Positions 49,387 to 58,672 of a stretch of DNA of 64,000 bases are shown in pieces. The notes below the pieces were generated by a model. The model did no database searches and had not been told where the DNA came from. It saw only the letters and a program-made list of their open reading frames with translations. The stretch's first letter is position 1. Each line of letters starts with the position of its first letter. The position numbers and the translations under genes are program-made. Source of the stretch: a virus (lineage: Duplodnaviria; Heunggongvirae; Uroviricota; Caudoviricetes); IMG/VR virus record IMGVR_UViG_3300046006_001304; one strand, given 5' to 3'.

Positions 49387-49981
49387 GATTCTTTTCTCTT
49401 AGTTTATCAATAGTTGAATAATAATGGTCGTATGTTATAGGACCTTTAGTTTTTAACGGGCTCAATTCATAATAACCCATTGATAGTACGTACCTAGTAA
49501 CAGATCCGTAATTAATGCTGTTGTGTGGTATTTGTGTGTTTAACAAATAAAATTGATTAGTCTCGTAATTAAGATTAGTATAAGGAAAATAGATGTAGTC
49601 TCTAGGCATAAACGAATCCTTTTTATGTTCGTGGGCAAACATAACTAAGTACCGGTCATCTTGTGTTAGCATTAAATTAAATGCAGTAGCACGGTACGCA
49701 TCTCTATGCCAATTATAAATGTGTCCCGGTTCTATTAACAGTATTTTTGGGAGTAAATTAAATTCATGTATAAGCTCTAAAATCGGTTCATCCTTAAAAT
49801 ATTCCAACGGAACTTTATGTTGTCTAAACGTGGCTATTACTTCTACATCGTCAGCAATTCTTCCATCTTTACCTTCTCGTTTAGATACATCGACATGCCC
49901 ATAATCAAAAGTTTTACAATCTTCAAATAATTTATTTGTTGGCAACAGTCCTATATTTAATTTTGTAAAACATTCATTCAT
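49352..49981 (-). CDS. AspH-like cupin Fe(II)/2OG hydroxylase
   Basis: IEPGHIYNWHRD ... AFNLML ... FYLLNTQIPHNSIN in AspH motif order. Confidence 0.5.
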   Translation of the reverse strand: MNECFTKLNIGLLPTNKLFEDCKTFDYGHVDVSKREGKDGRIADDVEVIATFRQHKVPLEYFKDEPILELIHEFNLLPKILLIEPGHIYNWHRDAYRATAFNLMLTQDDRYLVMFAHEHKKDSFMPRDYIYFPYTNLNYETNQFYLLNTQIPHNSINYGSVTRYVLSMGYYELSPLKTKGPITYDHYYSTIDKLREKNLVSNASSNINN

Positions 49982-49982
49982 G

Positions 49983-50915
49983 CTACTTCTCCATTTTTGC
50001 TAGTCTTGCTTTACTAGCAGTAATTGTGTCCAATACCCCCTTAGTACCAAACGTTGCACTGATTGTAAAGTCTTTTGCAAACTCTTGCTGAACTTGTTTG
50101 TTACTGATATATTCTTTTAAGAACCCCGACCAGAATTTAGTTACTTCAGCACTAGCGCCAGTCGGTGTTACGACTGCAAATCCGTCAAACTCCTTCCAAC
50201 CTGTATATCTATCTTCTACCACAGGGATTGACATGTAGCCTTCTACTTTTGATTTTGAAGTTGCAACAAGTCGTAACTTGCCCGCATCAATATGGGCCTT
50301 GACAATATTCAACGGTACGTATGCTGCATCAATTGTTCCTGCCAGCAAGTCATTGATTACTGGGCCGCCGCCTTTATATGGAACTGCCAAAGGTTCCTTG
50401 CTTGGTTTAGCAAATTCAAAAAATTGATCCAGTACCATTCGTTGACCCGGAGCACCATATCCAAATTTAACATCGTCTCCACGTCTAACTGCGTTTTCCA
50501 AATCTTCAAGAGTTTTAATTGAACTTTTTGGATTGACTACAAATGCGCCAATACTATCTCGAATACCAGTAACAATCGTACAACATTTTTCAGAGTCTTT
50601 TAATTCTTGATATGCTAATACTCCAGCAGTTGTTACTGAGATATGAAATCCGTCTGTTGGCATAGATGCTAATGCTCGCATGGCAATTAAGCCGTCGGCA
50701 CCTGGCCGATATTCAGCTACTAATTTAATTCCTCTGTCAAGCGCATATTTTTGTAAATGTCTAAATGATTGATCAACTCCACCACCCGGAGCAAAAGGAA
50801 TGATTACAGTTATTGGTTTGGCTGTTGGTTCAAATCCAAAAACGTACGGACTGATTACTGTTAGTAATGAGCTAAGTGTTATTGCGGCAATTGATTTTTT
50901 AGTTTTAAGTCTCAT
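49983..50915 (-). CDS. TctC/Bug-family periplasmic substrate-binding protein
   Basis: Signal peptide MRLKTKKSIAAITLSSLLTV then ...VIIPFAPGGGVDQSFR... (family PxxPGGxxD motif). Start moved to the internal Met with the signal peptide. Confidence 0.6.
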   Translation of the reverse strand: MRLKTKKSIAAITLSSLLTVISPYVFGFEPTAKPITVIIPFAPGGGVDQSFRHLQKYALDRGIKLVAEYRPGADGLIAMRALASMPTDGFHISVTTAGVLAYQELKDSEKCCTIVTGIRDSIGAFVVNPKSSIKTLEDLENAVRRGDDVKFGYGAPGQRMVLDQFFEFAKPSKEPLAVPYKGGGPVINDLLAGTIDAAYVPLNIVKAHIDAGKLRLVATSKSKVEGYMSIPVVEDRYTGWKEFDGFAVVTPTGASAEVTKFWSGFLKEYISNKQVQQEFAKDFTISATFGTKGVLDTITASKARLAKMEK

Positions 50916-50975
50916 ACTGTATTTTATCACTTTTTGATAATATTTCCTACGATTGTGGCAGGCCATAAATAACAG
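50916..50975. promoter_or_regulatory. Short divergent intergenic region between TctC-like (-) and NMO-like (+) genes
   Basis: Only ~60 bp separate the divergent starts. TTGATA hexamer present. Promoters are inferred, not demonstrated. Confidence 0.3.
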
Positions 50976-51818
50976 ATGAATTCATTAGGATCCAAATACC
51001 CAATTATAGCTGCCGCAATGAATCAAGTATCGGATATTCAGTTGTCCAAAGCAGTCAGGCATGCTGGTGGGATTCCTAGCTTGTCTATTTATAATTACAA
51101 AAATAACTTTCAAGGCTTAGTAAACGACCTTATAGATTATAAGAAAGAGTTCAACGACCTTAAACTCTTTTTAAGTGTTGGCGATGCTGAGTTAAAAATT
51201 CCAGCAGTACTTGATTTAATTTTAAAATCTAAAATTGAATTTATAGAATTAATAATTGAAAGTACTAATACGCTAGTTGGACTACAATCTATTACAGATA
51301 ACGGAACAAAAGTATTTGTAAAATGTTTAACCATTGATGGAGTTATCCCCGGAGTCACTGGAGTTATACTTAAAGGTAACGCTGGCGCCGGGCGAGGTGC
51401 TGAAGATTTAGATAACTTATTTCACCAAATTAAAACGCACTACCCAGATCTAAAAATAATTGTATCTGGCGGTATTGGTACTTCTACCCAAGTAAAGCAT
51501 TATATAGACAACGGCGCATTAGCAATATCAATAGGAACATTGTTTGCTGTAGCAGAAGAAAGTAAAATTTCTCTAGAAACAAAACTTAAGATAATTAATT
51601 CTACAAGCACTGATATTTCTCAGTTTAATATTGGCGCAACTCAAAACGCATTAGTTTTTAGTAGTGTAGATAATGACGATTATAATCACACTACGGGGTT
51701 GCACATTGGTATACAGAGTCCAACAGCTGGACATGTATTTGTTGGCACTGCCGTAGACTATATAACTAGCAGTAGGCCAGTAGCCGATATTATTAACGAT
51801 CTAGTAGCAAAATTATGA
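50976..51818 (+). CDS. Nitronate monooxygenase / FabK-like FMN-dependent TIM-barrel oxidoreductase
   Basis: YPIIAAAMNQVSD...AGGIPSLS ... IVSGGIGTSTQV, parallel to NMO/FabK blocks. Confidence 0.6.
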   Translation: MNSLGSKYPIIAAAMNQVSDIQLSKAVRHAGGIPSLSIYNYKNNFQGLVNDLIDYKKEFNDLKLFLSVGDAELKIPAVLDLILKSKIEFIELIIESTNTLVGLQSITDNGTKVFVKCLTIDGVIPGVTGVILKGNAGAGRGAEDLDNLFHQIKTHYPDLKIIVSGGIGTSTQVKHYIDNGALAISIGTLFAVAEESKISLETKLKIINSTSTDISQFNIGATQNALVFSSVDNDDYNHTTGLHIGIQSPTAGHVFVGTAVDYITSSRPVADIINDLVAKL

Positions 51819-52969
51819 TATTAAACTCAACTAGTGTTTATACAGTCGATGGTATAAATTTTGAATCTAAAATTCAGGCTTGCCTATTTGCCAGCCAAGT
51901 AAACAAACCAGTAACTTGGAACTTCAACAAAGAATTTTTTAATACCTACAACTGGTCCGTTGAGCCTGATCAATCGTTGGATGAGTTGTACAATGCGCGG
52001 GCAAGGCGACTTAGAGAAAACTACGATTACTTAGTATTGAGTTATAGTGGAGGTGCTGATAGTCATAACATTTTGATGAGCTTTGTTCGACAAGGATTGA
52101 AAATTGACGAGTTGTTGATTAATCACATGTCTGATGCGTGGAAGAGTCATGTAGTGTTAGACGCAACCCAAACAGCCAGCTGGAATACCGGCGCCGAACA
52201 CGATCTTCATACAATGCCCTTATTAAAAAATATTCAGCATTTAATTCCTAACACCAAGATAACTGTATTAGATTTAAGTCAAAATTTGTTTGACACATTT
52301 ATTAAAGCAGGCGATGCTAGTTGGGTACTAGAAAGAAATGAGGGACTGAATCCATTAAACGTTACAAGATTTAATTACGCATATTTTTCTGATATTAGAA
52401 AACAGTTTGATAAGAATCATAAGATTGCTATGATAGTAGGAATTGATAAACCTAGGCTTATTATTAGCAACAACATTGCCTACTTGTTGTTTAATGACAG
52501 AACTGTTAATATTGTTCCTGTAAAGAATCACTTTGAAGAATATACAAACTCGTCGTTAGAATTTTTCTACTGGAGTCCGGACGCGGTTGATATTATGTGT
52601 AAACAGGCTCATGTTATTAAAAGATTTGTTGAAACAAATATTCAGCACAGATCGTTGTTTGAATGGAATAATAATTACACTTCTAACTTTAGACTATTCC
52701 AGGAAAAAATGTTAAGACAAATACTGTATACTACCTGGAATAAAAGTTGGTTCCAAACTGATAAAGCAGTAAGTGATTGGGACAGCGAATTTGACACGTG
52801 GTTTGCTAAAGGCTACGAGGGACATAAAGCACACACTATATGGAAGGAAGGGTTGACCCACATGATTAAGAATGCCCCAACCTTCTTAAAATATAAAGCT
52901 GACGGAACTCCTGACGGACTAAAAGGATACCTACAGCATTATAAAATTGGACCAATAGTTACTATGTAA
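51815..52969 (+). CDS. PP-loop ATP pyrophosphatase paralogue 4
   Basis: YLVLSYSGGADSHNILMSF. Confidence 0.65.
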   Translation: MILNSTSVYTVDGINFESKIQACLFASQVNKPVTWNFNKEFFNTYNWSVEPDQSLDELYNARARRLRENYDYLVLSYSGGADSHNILMSFVRQGLKIDELLINHMSDAWKSHVVLDATQTASWNTGAEHDLHTMPLLKNIQHLIPNTKITVLDLSQNLFDTFIKAGDASWVLERNEGLNPLNVTRFNYAYFSDIRKQFDKNHKIAMIVGIDKPRLIISNNIAYLLFNDRTVNIVPVKNHFEEYTNSSLEFFYWSPDAVDIMCKQAHVIKRFVETNIQHRSLFEWNNNYTSNFRLFQEKMLRQILYTTWNKSWFQTDKAVSDWDSEFDTWFAKGYEGHKAHTIWKEGLTHMIKNAPTFLKYKADGTPDGLKGYLQHYKIGPIVTM

Positions 52970-53396
52970 CAGCCTTGCCCCAAGATACTCTATTCCATAC
53001 ACGTTCGTGTGTGTAGTATATAATAATATTCATAATAGTAGCAATGGTTAGAAAGGCCACTGCCGCCTTCCATGATCCAGTAGTAAGGTATGGGATCATA
53101 AAGTTATTAAATGTAATCAATGCTCGCCAAGTAATACTCTTACTAATAGTTCTAGGTTGACCGTCCACAAACATATTAGTATCACCGTCTTTACGATTCC
53201 ACTGAGCATAATTCCATGCTCGCTCGTGTAGCCAATGTAAGGTCATATTAACTACCGCGGCAATGCCAAGGATTTGGGCGCCAATGATCCAGCTACCAGA
53301 CACTATAAATCCGTTCAGCAAGTGACTTAACGAAAAACAAACTCTGATAGTTAATGTTTTGGCAATGCTTCTTTTGTGTTGTTCTGTATATTTCAT
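52962..53396 (-). CDS. Small membrane protein (144 aa, ~4 TM)
   Basis: Hydrophobic helices. Confidence 0.4.
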   Translation of the reverse strand: MKYTEQHKRSIAKTLTIRVCFSLSHLLNGFIVSGSWIIGAQILGIAAVVNMTLHWLHERAWNYAQWNRKDGDTNMFVDGQPRTISKSITWRALITFNNFMIPYLTTGSWKAAVAFLTIATIMNIIIYYTHERVWNRVSWGKAVT

Positions 53397-53440
53397 CAGC
53401 TATTTATTTTAGCAGCCTTACGGTATAAAATAAATATCTC

Positions 53441-54277
53441 ATGTTTAATAATCCATCTAAAGTGTTAGCCCATTTGTCGGCTGTAGCAACTGGTAATTTT
53501 GTAACTGCTGAATATATCCTTAACGGTGATAACAGTGGAGTTAATCTATTCCACAGATTTTGCCCACACAGAATGTATCCGCTAGCACAACCGGGTCAGC
53601 ACACTGGAGAAATAGTATGTAAGTTCCACGGCTTTAAGTGGACTGACCGTGGCCAACCTATTAACAACGAACGTAAAATTACGTGTGGTAAAGCAACAGT
53701 TGGAAGATCTGGATTAGTGTTTAAAGACTTTATCGAACCAGAGCATAAGTGGGTAGATATTCTAGCTAGTGAAGATAGATTAGTTTACAGTCATTCTATG
53801 ACCGGTGCTAGTAAAACAGGTAGCTGGTTATGGATGATGGATATACAAGCAGACTTACTACACATCTGGAATGATGGAATACATCCATCGCTGGCCGCCA
53901 GTACTAATCTAGACGATGTTATTATGGATCAAGGTAACGGCTGGGCGTTACAGTACTGCTCAACAGGTTTTTGGTTAGTGTTATATCCTTTTACATTTAT
54001 TGAGTGGAGCCCAGGCTGTCTAGCTATAAATGTTGCTACTCCTAACGACAATAACACCGAATTTGGATTTACTTGGATTACGCAGTTCTATTACGATCCT
54101 AGCACTTCTCCTGAGAAGCGAGCAGACTTTGAAACTTTAGAAGATGTATTCAAAGAAGATGTTGAAGCAGTTGAAACTCAGCGAGGCGGCTACTATCCGT
54201 TAATGCAACCTATTAACAGACTAGAAGACCATTGTGTACATTTTGGTAAATGGGTCACTGAGAATAGATCAGTTTAA
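53441..54277 (+). CDS. Rieske [2Fe-2S] non-haem iron oxygenase-like protein
   Basis: Rieske ligands FCPHR ...(17 aa)... CKFHG. Downstream DLLHIWNDGIH resembles the mononuclear-iron D-x2-H-x(4-6)-H box. Confidence 0.6.
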   Translation: MFNNPSKVLAHLSAVATGNFVTAEYILNGDNSGVNLFHRFCPHRMYPLAQPGQHTGEIVCKFHGFKWTDRGQPINNERKITCGKATVGRSGLVFKDFIEPEHKWVDILASEDRLVYSHSMTGASKTGSWLWMMDIQADLLHIWNDGIHPSLAASTNLDDVIMDQGNGWALQYCSTGFWLVLYPFTFIEWSPGCLAINVATPNDNNTEFGFTWITQFYYDPSTSPEKRADFETLEDVFKEDVEAVETQRGGYYPLMQPINRLEDHCVHFGKWVTENRSV

Positions 54278-55244
54278 GCAAATCAGCTTCTGAATACGTT
54301 TGCTTTTTAGGCGGTATAAAAGGTTTCCATATATACTGCTCGCCAAACTCTACCATGAACGGTGGAAACAATTTTTCTTTATTAGGAACTTGACCTTCAA
54401 ACCCAACAAGCTTCATTCGGTTTAAAAGTGTTGGCCAGTATTCTTGATGAATCCTAGATTTACTACTCACATTGTCTAACTTACCTATTATGCTATCATT
54501 AATTAGTTGCTGGACATATGGCAGTTGTGTATACGCTACTACAATTTCCGGAGAGTATTCGTACCAATCAGTGATAGCAGTACGTCCAATAGTCTTATGA
54601 TACGTTGCCCAATGATGTGGGGCTTCGTCCAGCTCAAATACCCAAGGGTGCTCAGTAGCCATATCTCTGCTAGTTCTTCTATAGTAAGGTTCGCCGCTGC
54701 CAATTATCGGAAGACCGTCTACATACTCTGTCATTTTCATGTGCGGCAACCATCCTGGCCCAGTAGCATAAGACTTAGTCCAGATGTCGTATGCTTCGTT
54801 TTCAAAAAACTTTTCTAAATTAAAATCAATCACACACGGAGTAACATTAAGCTCTTGGCAAATCTTAATAGCGGAGTTGTAATCGTGTACGTTGTGATTG
54901 TTGCTGTACTTACAGATATATACCTTAATTGGAATTTTTAGATCTAAATAAATTCTTAATATTACTTCGCTATCTATGCCGCCTGAAAACAGCAAACTCA
55001 ATTCGCCGTTAAATGTATCTCTGATTGCACATGCGTTTGCCTTTAATTCTTCATAGTAACTTTTTACAGGACGTGTGATTACATTTTTAATTGTACACTT
55101 AAATTCTGCCGTTGGATCTAACTTAGGGCCATACTCAGAGCCGTCATTGTAAGTCCACGATAACCAATTATCTCGATAAAACATATTGCCCCATTTGATG
55201 TGACCAGCGATGTGCACCTTGAAAAGTAATACCGTGTACAGCAA
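54255..55244 (-). CDS. PP-loop ATP pyrophosphatase paralogue 5
   Basis: ELSLLFSGGIDSEVILRIY. Confidence 0.65.
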   Translation of the reverse strand: MLYTVLLFKVHIAGHIKWGNMFYRDNWLSWTYNDGSEYGPKLDPTAEFKCTIKNVITRPVKSYYEELKANACAIRDTFNGELSLLFSGGIDSEVILRIYLDLKIPIKVYICKYSNNHNVHDYNSAIKICQELNVTPCVIDFNLEKFFENEAYDIWTKSYATGPGWLPHMKMTEYVDGLPIIGSGEPYYRRTSRDMATEHPWVFELDEAPHHWATYHKTIGRTAITDWYEYSPEIVVAYTQLPYVQQLINDSIIGKLDNVSSKSRIHQEYWPTLLNRMKLVGFEGQVPNKEKLFPPFMVEFGEQYIWKPFIPPKKQTYSEADLLKLIYSQ

Positions 55245-55749
55245 CCCATTGCTTACAACTTTCCGGAACAGGATCTAACGATCCGCATACATTATATTTG
55301 TCCTCAGCCATATAAAATTTAACTCCACAATTAGTTTCAATTAGATCTAAGTAATGTTTAAACGCTAAGGGATTATGTTCTCTGCTGATAAACACACAGT
55401 CTAAACCTAGTATCTGTGCTTTGGCCATTTGTAAGGGCAAACAATAGGTTGTATTGAGAAACTTGTCCCCACCGGTAAATTTACCTTTGTGTCTGTAGTC
55501 AGGATGTATCCACATACGAGTACTTACCCGCCCGACACCCGTACCCCACTTAGTGTCACTCAATTGTAAAGCACTAAAACAGACAATTTGATCGTCAATT
55601 ATCACTACTGGAAAGCAGGCAAAGTCACGTGGGTCTAACCCTATGTAATTATCTTTAAGGCTATCATTAGTAGTTGCTAGATATTTTTGGTACTGATCCC
55701 AGAGTTCCTGATCAAAATTTGTAGCAAAGTCAATTATTGTTCTTACCAT
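55168..55749 (-). CDS. Hypothetical protein (193 aa)
   Basis: Overlaps downstream gene by ~77 nt, so its true start may be internal. Confidence 0.4.
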   Translation of the reverse strand: MVRTIIDFATNFDQELWDQYQKYLATTNDSLKDNYIGLDPRDFACFPVVIIDDQIVCFSALQLSDTKWGTGVGRVSTRMWIHPDYRHKGKFTGGDKFLNTTYCLPLQMAKAQILGLDCVFISREHNPLAFKHYLDLIETNCGVKFYMAEDKYNVCGSLDPVPESCKQWVAVHGITFQGAHRWSHQMGQYVLSR

Positions 55750-56597
55750 ACGATATTTACTTAAATACTACCATGCCTAAAATAAATTCATTTCTCTATT
55801 ATATTCTCTATCCTGTACACGCACTAGCATGGATTGGCGTTATTGCTTATTCATTTTTCTTTGACTTTACGTGGACAAACTTCTTTCAATTGTTAGTTGG
55901 ATGGATTATAATTGAGGGGTTGGGGGTTGCTGTAGTCTTACACAGATATGTAAGCCATAAGGCGTTTGAGGCTCGCCCTGGATTAAAGCCAATCTTACTT
56001 TGGATTAGTTGCTTGTCCTTGCAAGGGAGTCCACTAGGTTGGGCCGCAGTACACAGAGGTAGTCATCATAGATACACGGATACAGAAAAAGACGCACATA
56101 CTCCTACTAAGGGATGGTGGTATTCTTGGCATGCTTGGCTATATGATTGGGATCAATACTTTAACCCTAAGTACGTAATTGATCTAGTTAGGGATCCTAT
56201 ATACATGTGGTTTGCTAAACATTACAATGCTGTTATTATCGGAACCTACATAGTTGTAGGACTGTTTAGTTGGCAGTTGTTACTATTTGGATTTATGATA
56301 CCGGCTGCTATAAGTTTGTATATGGAAAGTAATATTAATGTATTCTGTCACACCCCCGGAATTGGTTACAGAAATTTTGAAACTAAAGATGCTAGTCAAA
56401 ACGTGCCGTTTCTAGCATTGATTACTTGGGGACAAGGCTGGCACAATAACCATCACGCAAAAGCAAGTTCATATGACTTTGGTACAACAGTAAGTGGCAA
56501 CAAAAAAGAGTGGGATCCTAGTTTAATATTCCTTCCGTTAATTGCTACAAAAGAAAGTCGTGAGAAAATTTACAATGACCGACTTCACCCACAATAA
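55737..56597 (+). CDS. Membrane fatty-acid (stearoyl-CoA/delta-9-type) desaturase-like di-iron enzyme
   Basis: Three His boxes in the canonical order and spacing of SCD-type desaturases: HRYVSH (HxxxxH), HRGSHHRYTDTEKDAHTP (HxxHH + DxH), GWHNNHH (HxxHH). Four hydrophobic spans. Confidence 0.8.
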   Translation: MFLPYDIYLNTTMPKINSFLYYILYPVHALAWIGVIAYSFFFDFTWTNFFQLLVGWIIIEGLGVAVVLHRYVSHKAFEARPGLKPILLWISCLSLQGSPLGWAAVHRGSHHRYTDTEKDAHTPTKGWWYSWHAWLYDWDQYFNPKYVIDLVRDPIYMWFAKHYNAVIIGTYIVVGLFSWQLLLFGFMIPAAISLYMESNINVFCHTPGIGYRNFETKDASQNVPFLALITWGQGWHNNHHAKASSYDFGTTVSGNKKEWDPSLIFLPLIATKESREKIYNDRLHPQ

Positions 56598-57486
56598 TCA
56601 TTTAAAGTATACTATAGGTCAAGGACAGTATCGTAGTACATCTATAGAAAAGTATAATGTTCAGTTAGGCACAATAGACCCTGATAGATATGCCTGTAGC
56701 TCGTATACTGATGAACTACATAGGACCGCTGAACTAGTGCGCACGGATTTAGGCAACGACCTAGTACTATTCCTATCAGGCGGAACTGACAGTGAAATTG
56801 TTCTACGTAATTTTATACATACAGGATTTAAACCACAGTGCGTTGTCCTACGGTTTGAAAACAATTACAATGCCGGCGAGGTAGCAGAAGCACAGGCTAT
56901 TGCTAGTGAACTAGATGTAAAGTTAAACATTATAGATTTTGATGTACATGACTTTTACAACTCCGGCGAAGCAAAAGAATTTGGTAATCAAATACAATGT
57001 ACACAATTGACATACAATATGGTCTACAAAAGTATATTAACTCTGGGTGCGCCCGCAGTAATGGGCGGTGAAGCACTATTAACTAGGCAAGTAAGTACAA
57101 CAGATAGTTATTGGTATTATACGTTTCGTGAAAACGAAGATGCTAGTGCTATGCGCTTTACTAACAAGTTTAGTATACCGTTAGTTAACGAATGGTTTAG
57201 TTACACACCCGAGTTGTTACTCTACTATCTAGAGCACCCCAGCATTAAAGAATTAACTACTAGTACTAACTATAAACTAACATCTGCGTCTAGTAAGAAC
57301 GCTATCTTAAAACAACTGTATCCTAATTTTAGAACTAAGAAAAAGATACACGGGTTTGAAAGTTTGTTAGCATTTAACCTAACGGCTTATAAGGACTTAG
57401 GACATGATCAAGTTAAGAGGTTAGAGTTTAGCTTGGATGGTGTTGAATACACGCAAGCAATTGCACAACTTAAAGGCCAACAATGA
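56575..57486 (+). CDS. PP-loop ATP pyrophosphatase paralogue 6
   Basis: DLVLFLSGGTDSEIVLRNF. Start placed at the internal MTDF Met to limit overlap with the desaturase. Confidence 0.65.
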   Translation: MTDFTHNNHLKYTIGQGQYRSTSIEKYNVQLGTIDPDRYACSSYTDELHRTAELVRTDLGNDLVLFLSGGTDSEIVLRNFIHTGFKPQCVVLRFENNYNAGEVAEAQAIASELDVKLNIIDFDVHDFYNSGEAKEFGNQIQCTQLTYNMVYKSILTLGAPAVMGGEALLTRQVSTTDSYWYYTFRENEDASAMRFTNKFSIPLVNEWFSYTPELLLYYLEHPSIKELTTSTNYKLTSASSKNAILKQLYPNFRTKKKIHGFESLLAFNLTAYKDLGHDQVKRLEFSLDGVEYTQAIAQLKGQQ

Positions 57487-58070
57487 TTGTAGAATTAGGT
57501 CAAACACACAAAGAATTAATTAAGCCTCTTTTTTATAGAGACACTTATATGGGCATGGACCTAAGCTCTAACTATATTGTTGACCCCAGCGAAAAAGTAC
57601 AAACGGTATTTTACAATACGTTTGTAGATACATACCTATCTGGTCTACGTAACTACAAGGCTTTAGGCTTAGTTGAAAATGGCGTAGTAAAATCACTGAT
57701 ATCATTTTATATGAGCCCAGATGAACCTTGTTGGTACGGAACAATGATCCGTAGTCTTAATGATAAGAACTATGTACGACCACTATTAGATTCAGCGATG
57801 GCATTTAACGAGACTCGTGGCCGTTTAAAGTTTTACACTCTTTGGAATGCCGACCACGGTAAATTACTACGTAGATTTGCGTTTAGCACAGTCGCAAACA
57901 CTCGTTACGATTATGTAGATGAAATACTAGTACCAGCAAGGACTAAATGTGTTTACACTAACTACTGGCAAATACTGTTTAACAGAACTTTACTGCCCGT
58001 TGACAGTGTTGTACGCTGTACCTTTTTAAAACAAGAATACAGAACTACTCCTATAGGAGGTAATATATGA
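57483..58070 (+). CDS. Hypothetical protein (195 aa)
   Basis: Translationally coupled ORF. Confidence 0.45.
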   Translation: MIVELGQTHKELIKPLFYRDTYMGMDLSSNYIVDPSEKVQTVFYNTFVDTYLSGLRNYKALGLVENGVVKSLISFYMSPDEPCWYGTMIRSLNDKNYVRPLLDSAMAFNETRGRLKFYTLWNADHGKLLRRFAFSTVANTRYDYVDEILVPARTKCVYTNYWQILFNRTLLPVDSVVRCTFLKQEYRTTPIGGNI

Positions 58071-58672
58071 ATATGGTAAGCCCGTTCAAATTGTTTGAAC
58101 AAGATCTAAACACATTCAAGCTCAGTGCTAATATACATCTAGGACAAGAGCTACGTGAATTCTTTACAGACCCCACTAACGATTACCTGTGGCAGTTAAG
58201 TACCCATAGACAAACTGTTACTCACGCTCTACGCTACACAGAAAGTATACCTTTACGCTACTTAAAAGACTTGCCCAAAGGTTCCACAACAATGGAAGCC
58301 AATCAGCATATGGCAGTTACCGATTCAAAGCTAGCTGACATACCTGTATTTAGAAAGACGATCAATTGGTTTGAATCCACACTCGCCGCAACTGGCTGTA
58401 GTCGTGTAGAGTTTGGTCGAGTCTTTGCTAGTAAGCTCTCAGGCAATCAAAAGATAGACATACATACAGATGACGGCAAGTATTTTAGCTATTACGATCG
58501 ATTTCATTTTACGGTAACAGCCGCCCCCAATAATCTGTTTGTTATACGTGATGAAGAATGTGTACTAGAACAGGATTCGTTGTATTGGGTCAATAATCAT
58601 GTGCCGCACTGGCTTGAGAATAAAAGTACAGAAGGCAGAATAAATTTTATTATAGATGCTAGATTAATATGA
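58067..58672 (+). CDS. AspH-like cupin Fe(II)/2OG hydroxylase
   Basis: IDIHTDDGKYFSYYDRFHF...CVLEQDSLYWVNNHVPHWLEN parallels the AspH C-terminal W-EG-..-FDDSFEHEV-N block. Confidence 0.6.
   Translation: MNMVSPFKLFEQDLNTFKLSANIHLGQELREFFTDPTNDYLWQLSTHRQTVTHALRYTESIPLRYLKDLPKGSTTMEANQHMAVTDSKLADIPVFRKTINWFESTLAATGCSRVEFGRVFASKLSGNQKIDIHTDDGKYFSYYDRFHFTVTAAPNNLFVIRDEECVLEQDSLYWVNNHVPHWLENKSTEGRINFIIDARLI

Noticed and set aside
42376-57486. Calling the PP-loop paralogues QueC (7-cyano-7-deazaguanine synthase)
   Set aside because: They are 310-384 aa versus ~220-230 aa for QueC. No C-terminal Cys-x2-Cys…Cys…Cys zinc motif is visible in any copy. Only the superfamily assignment is kept.
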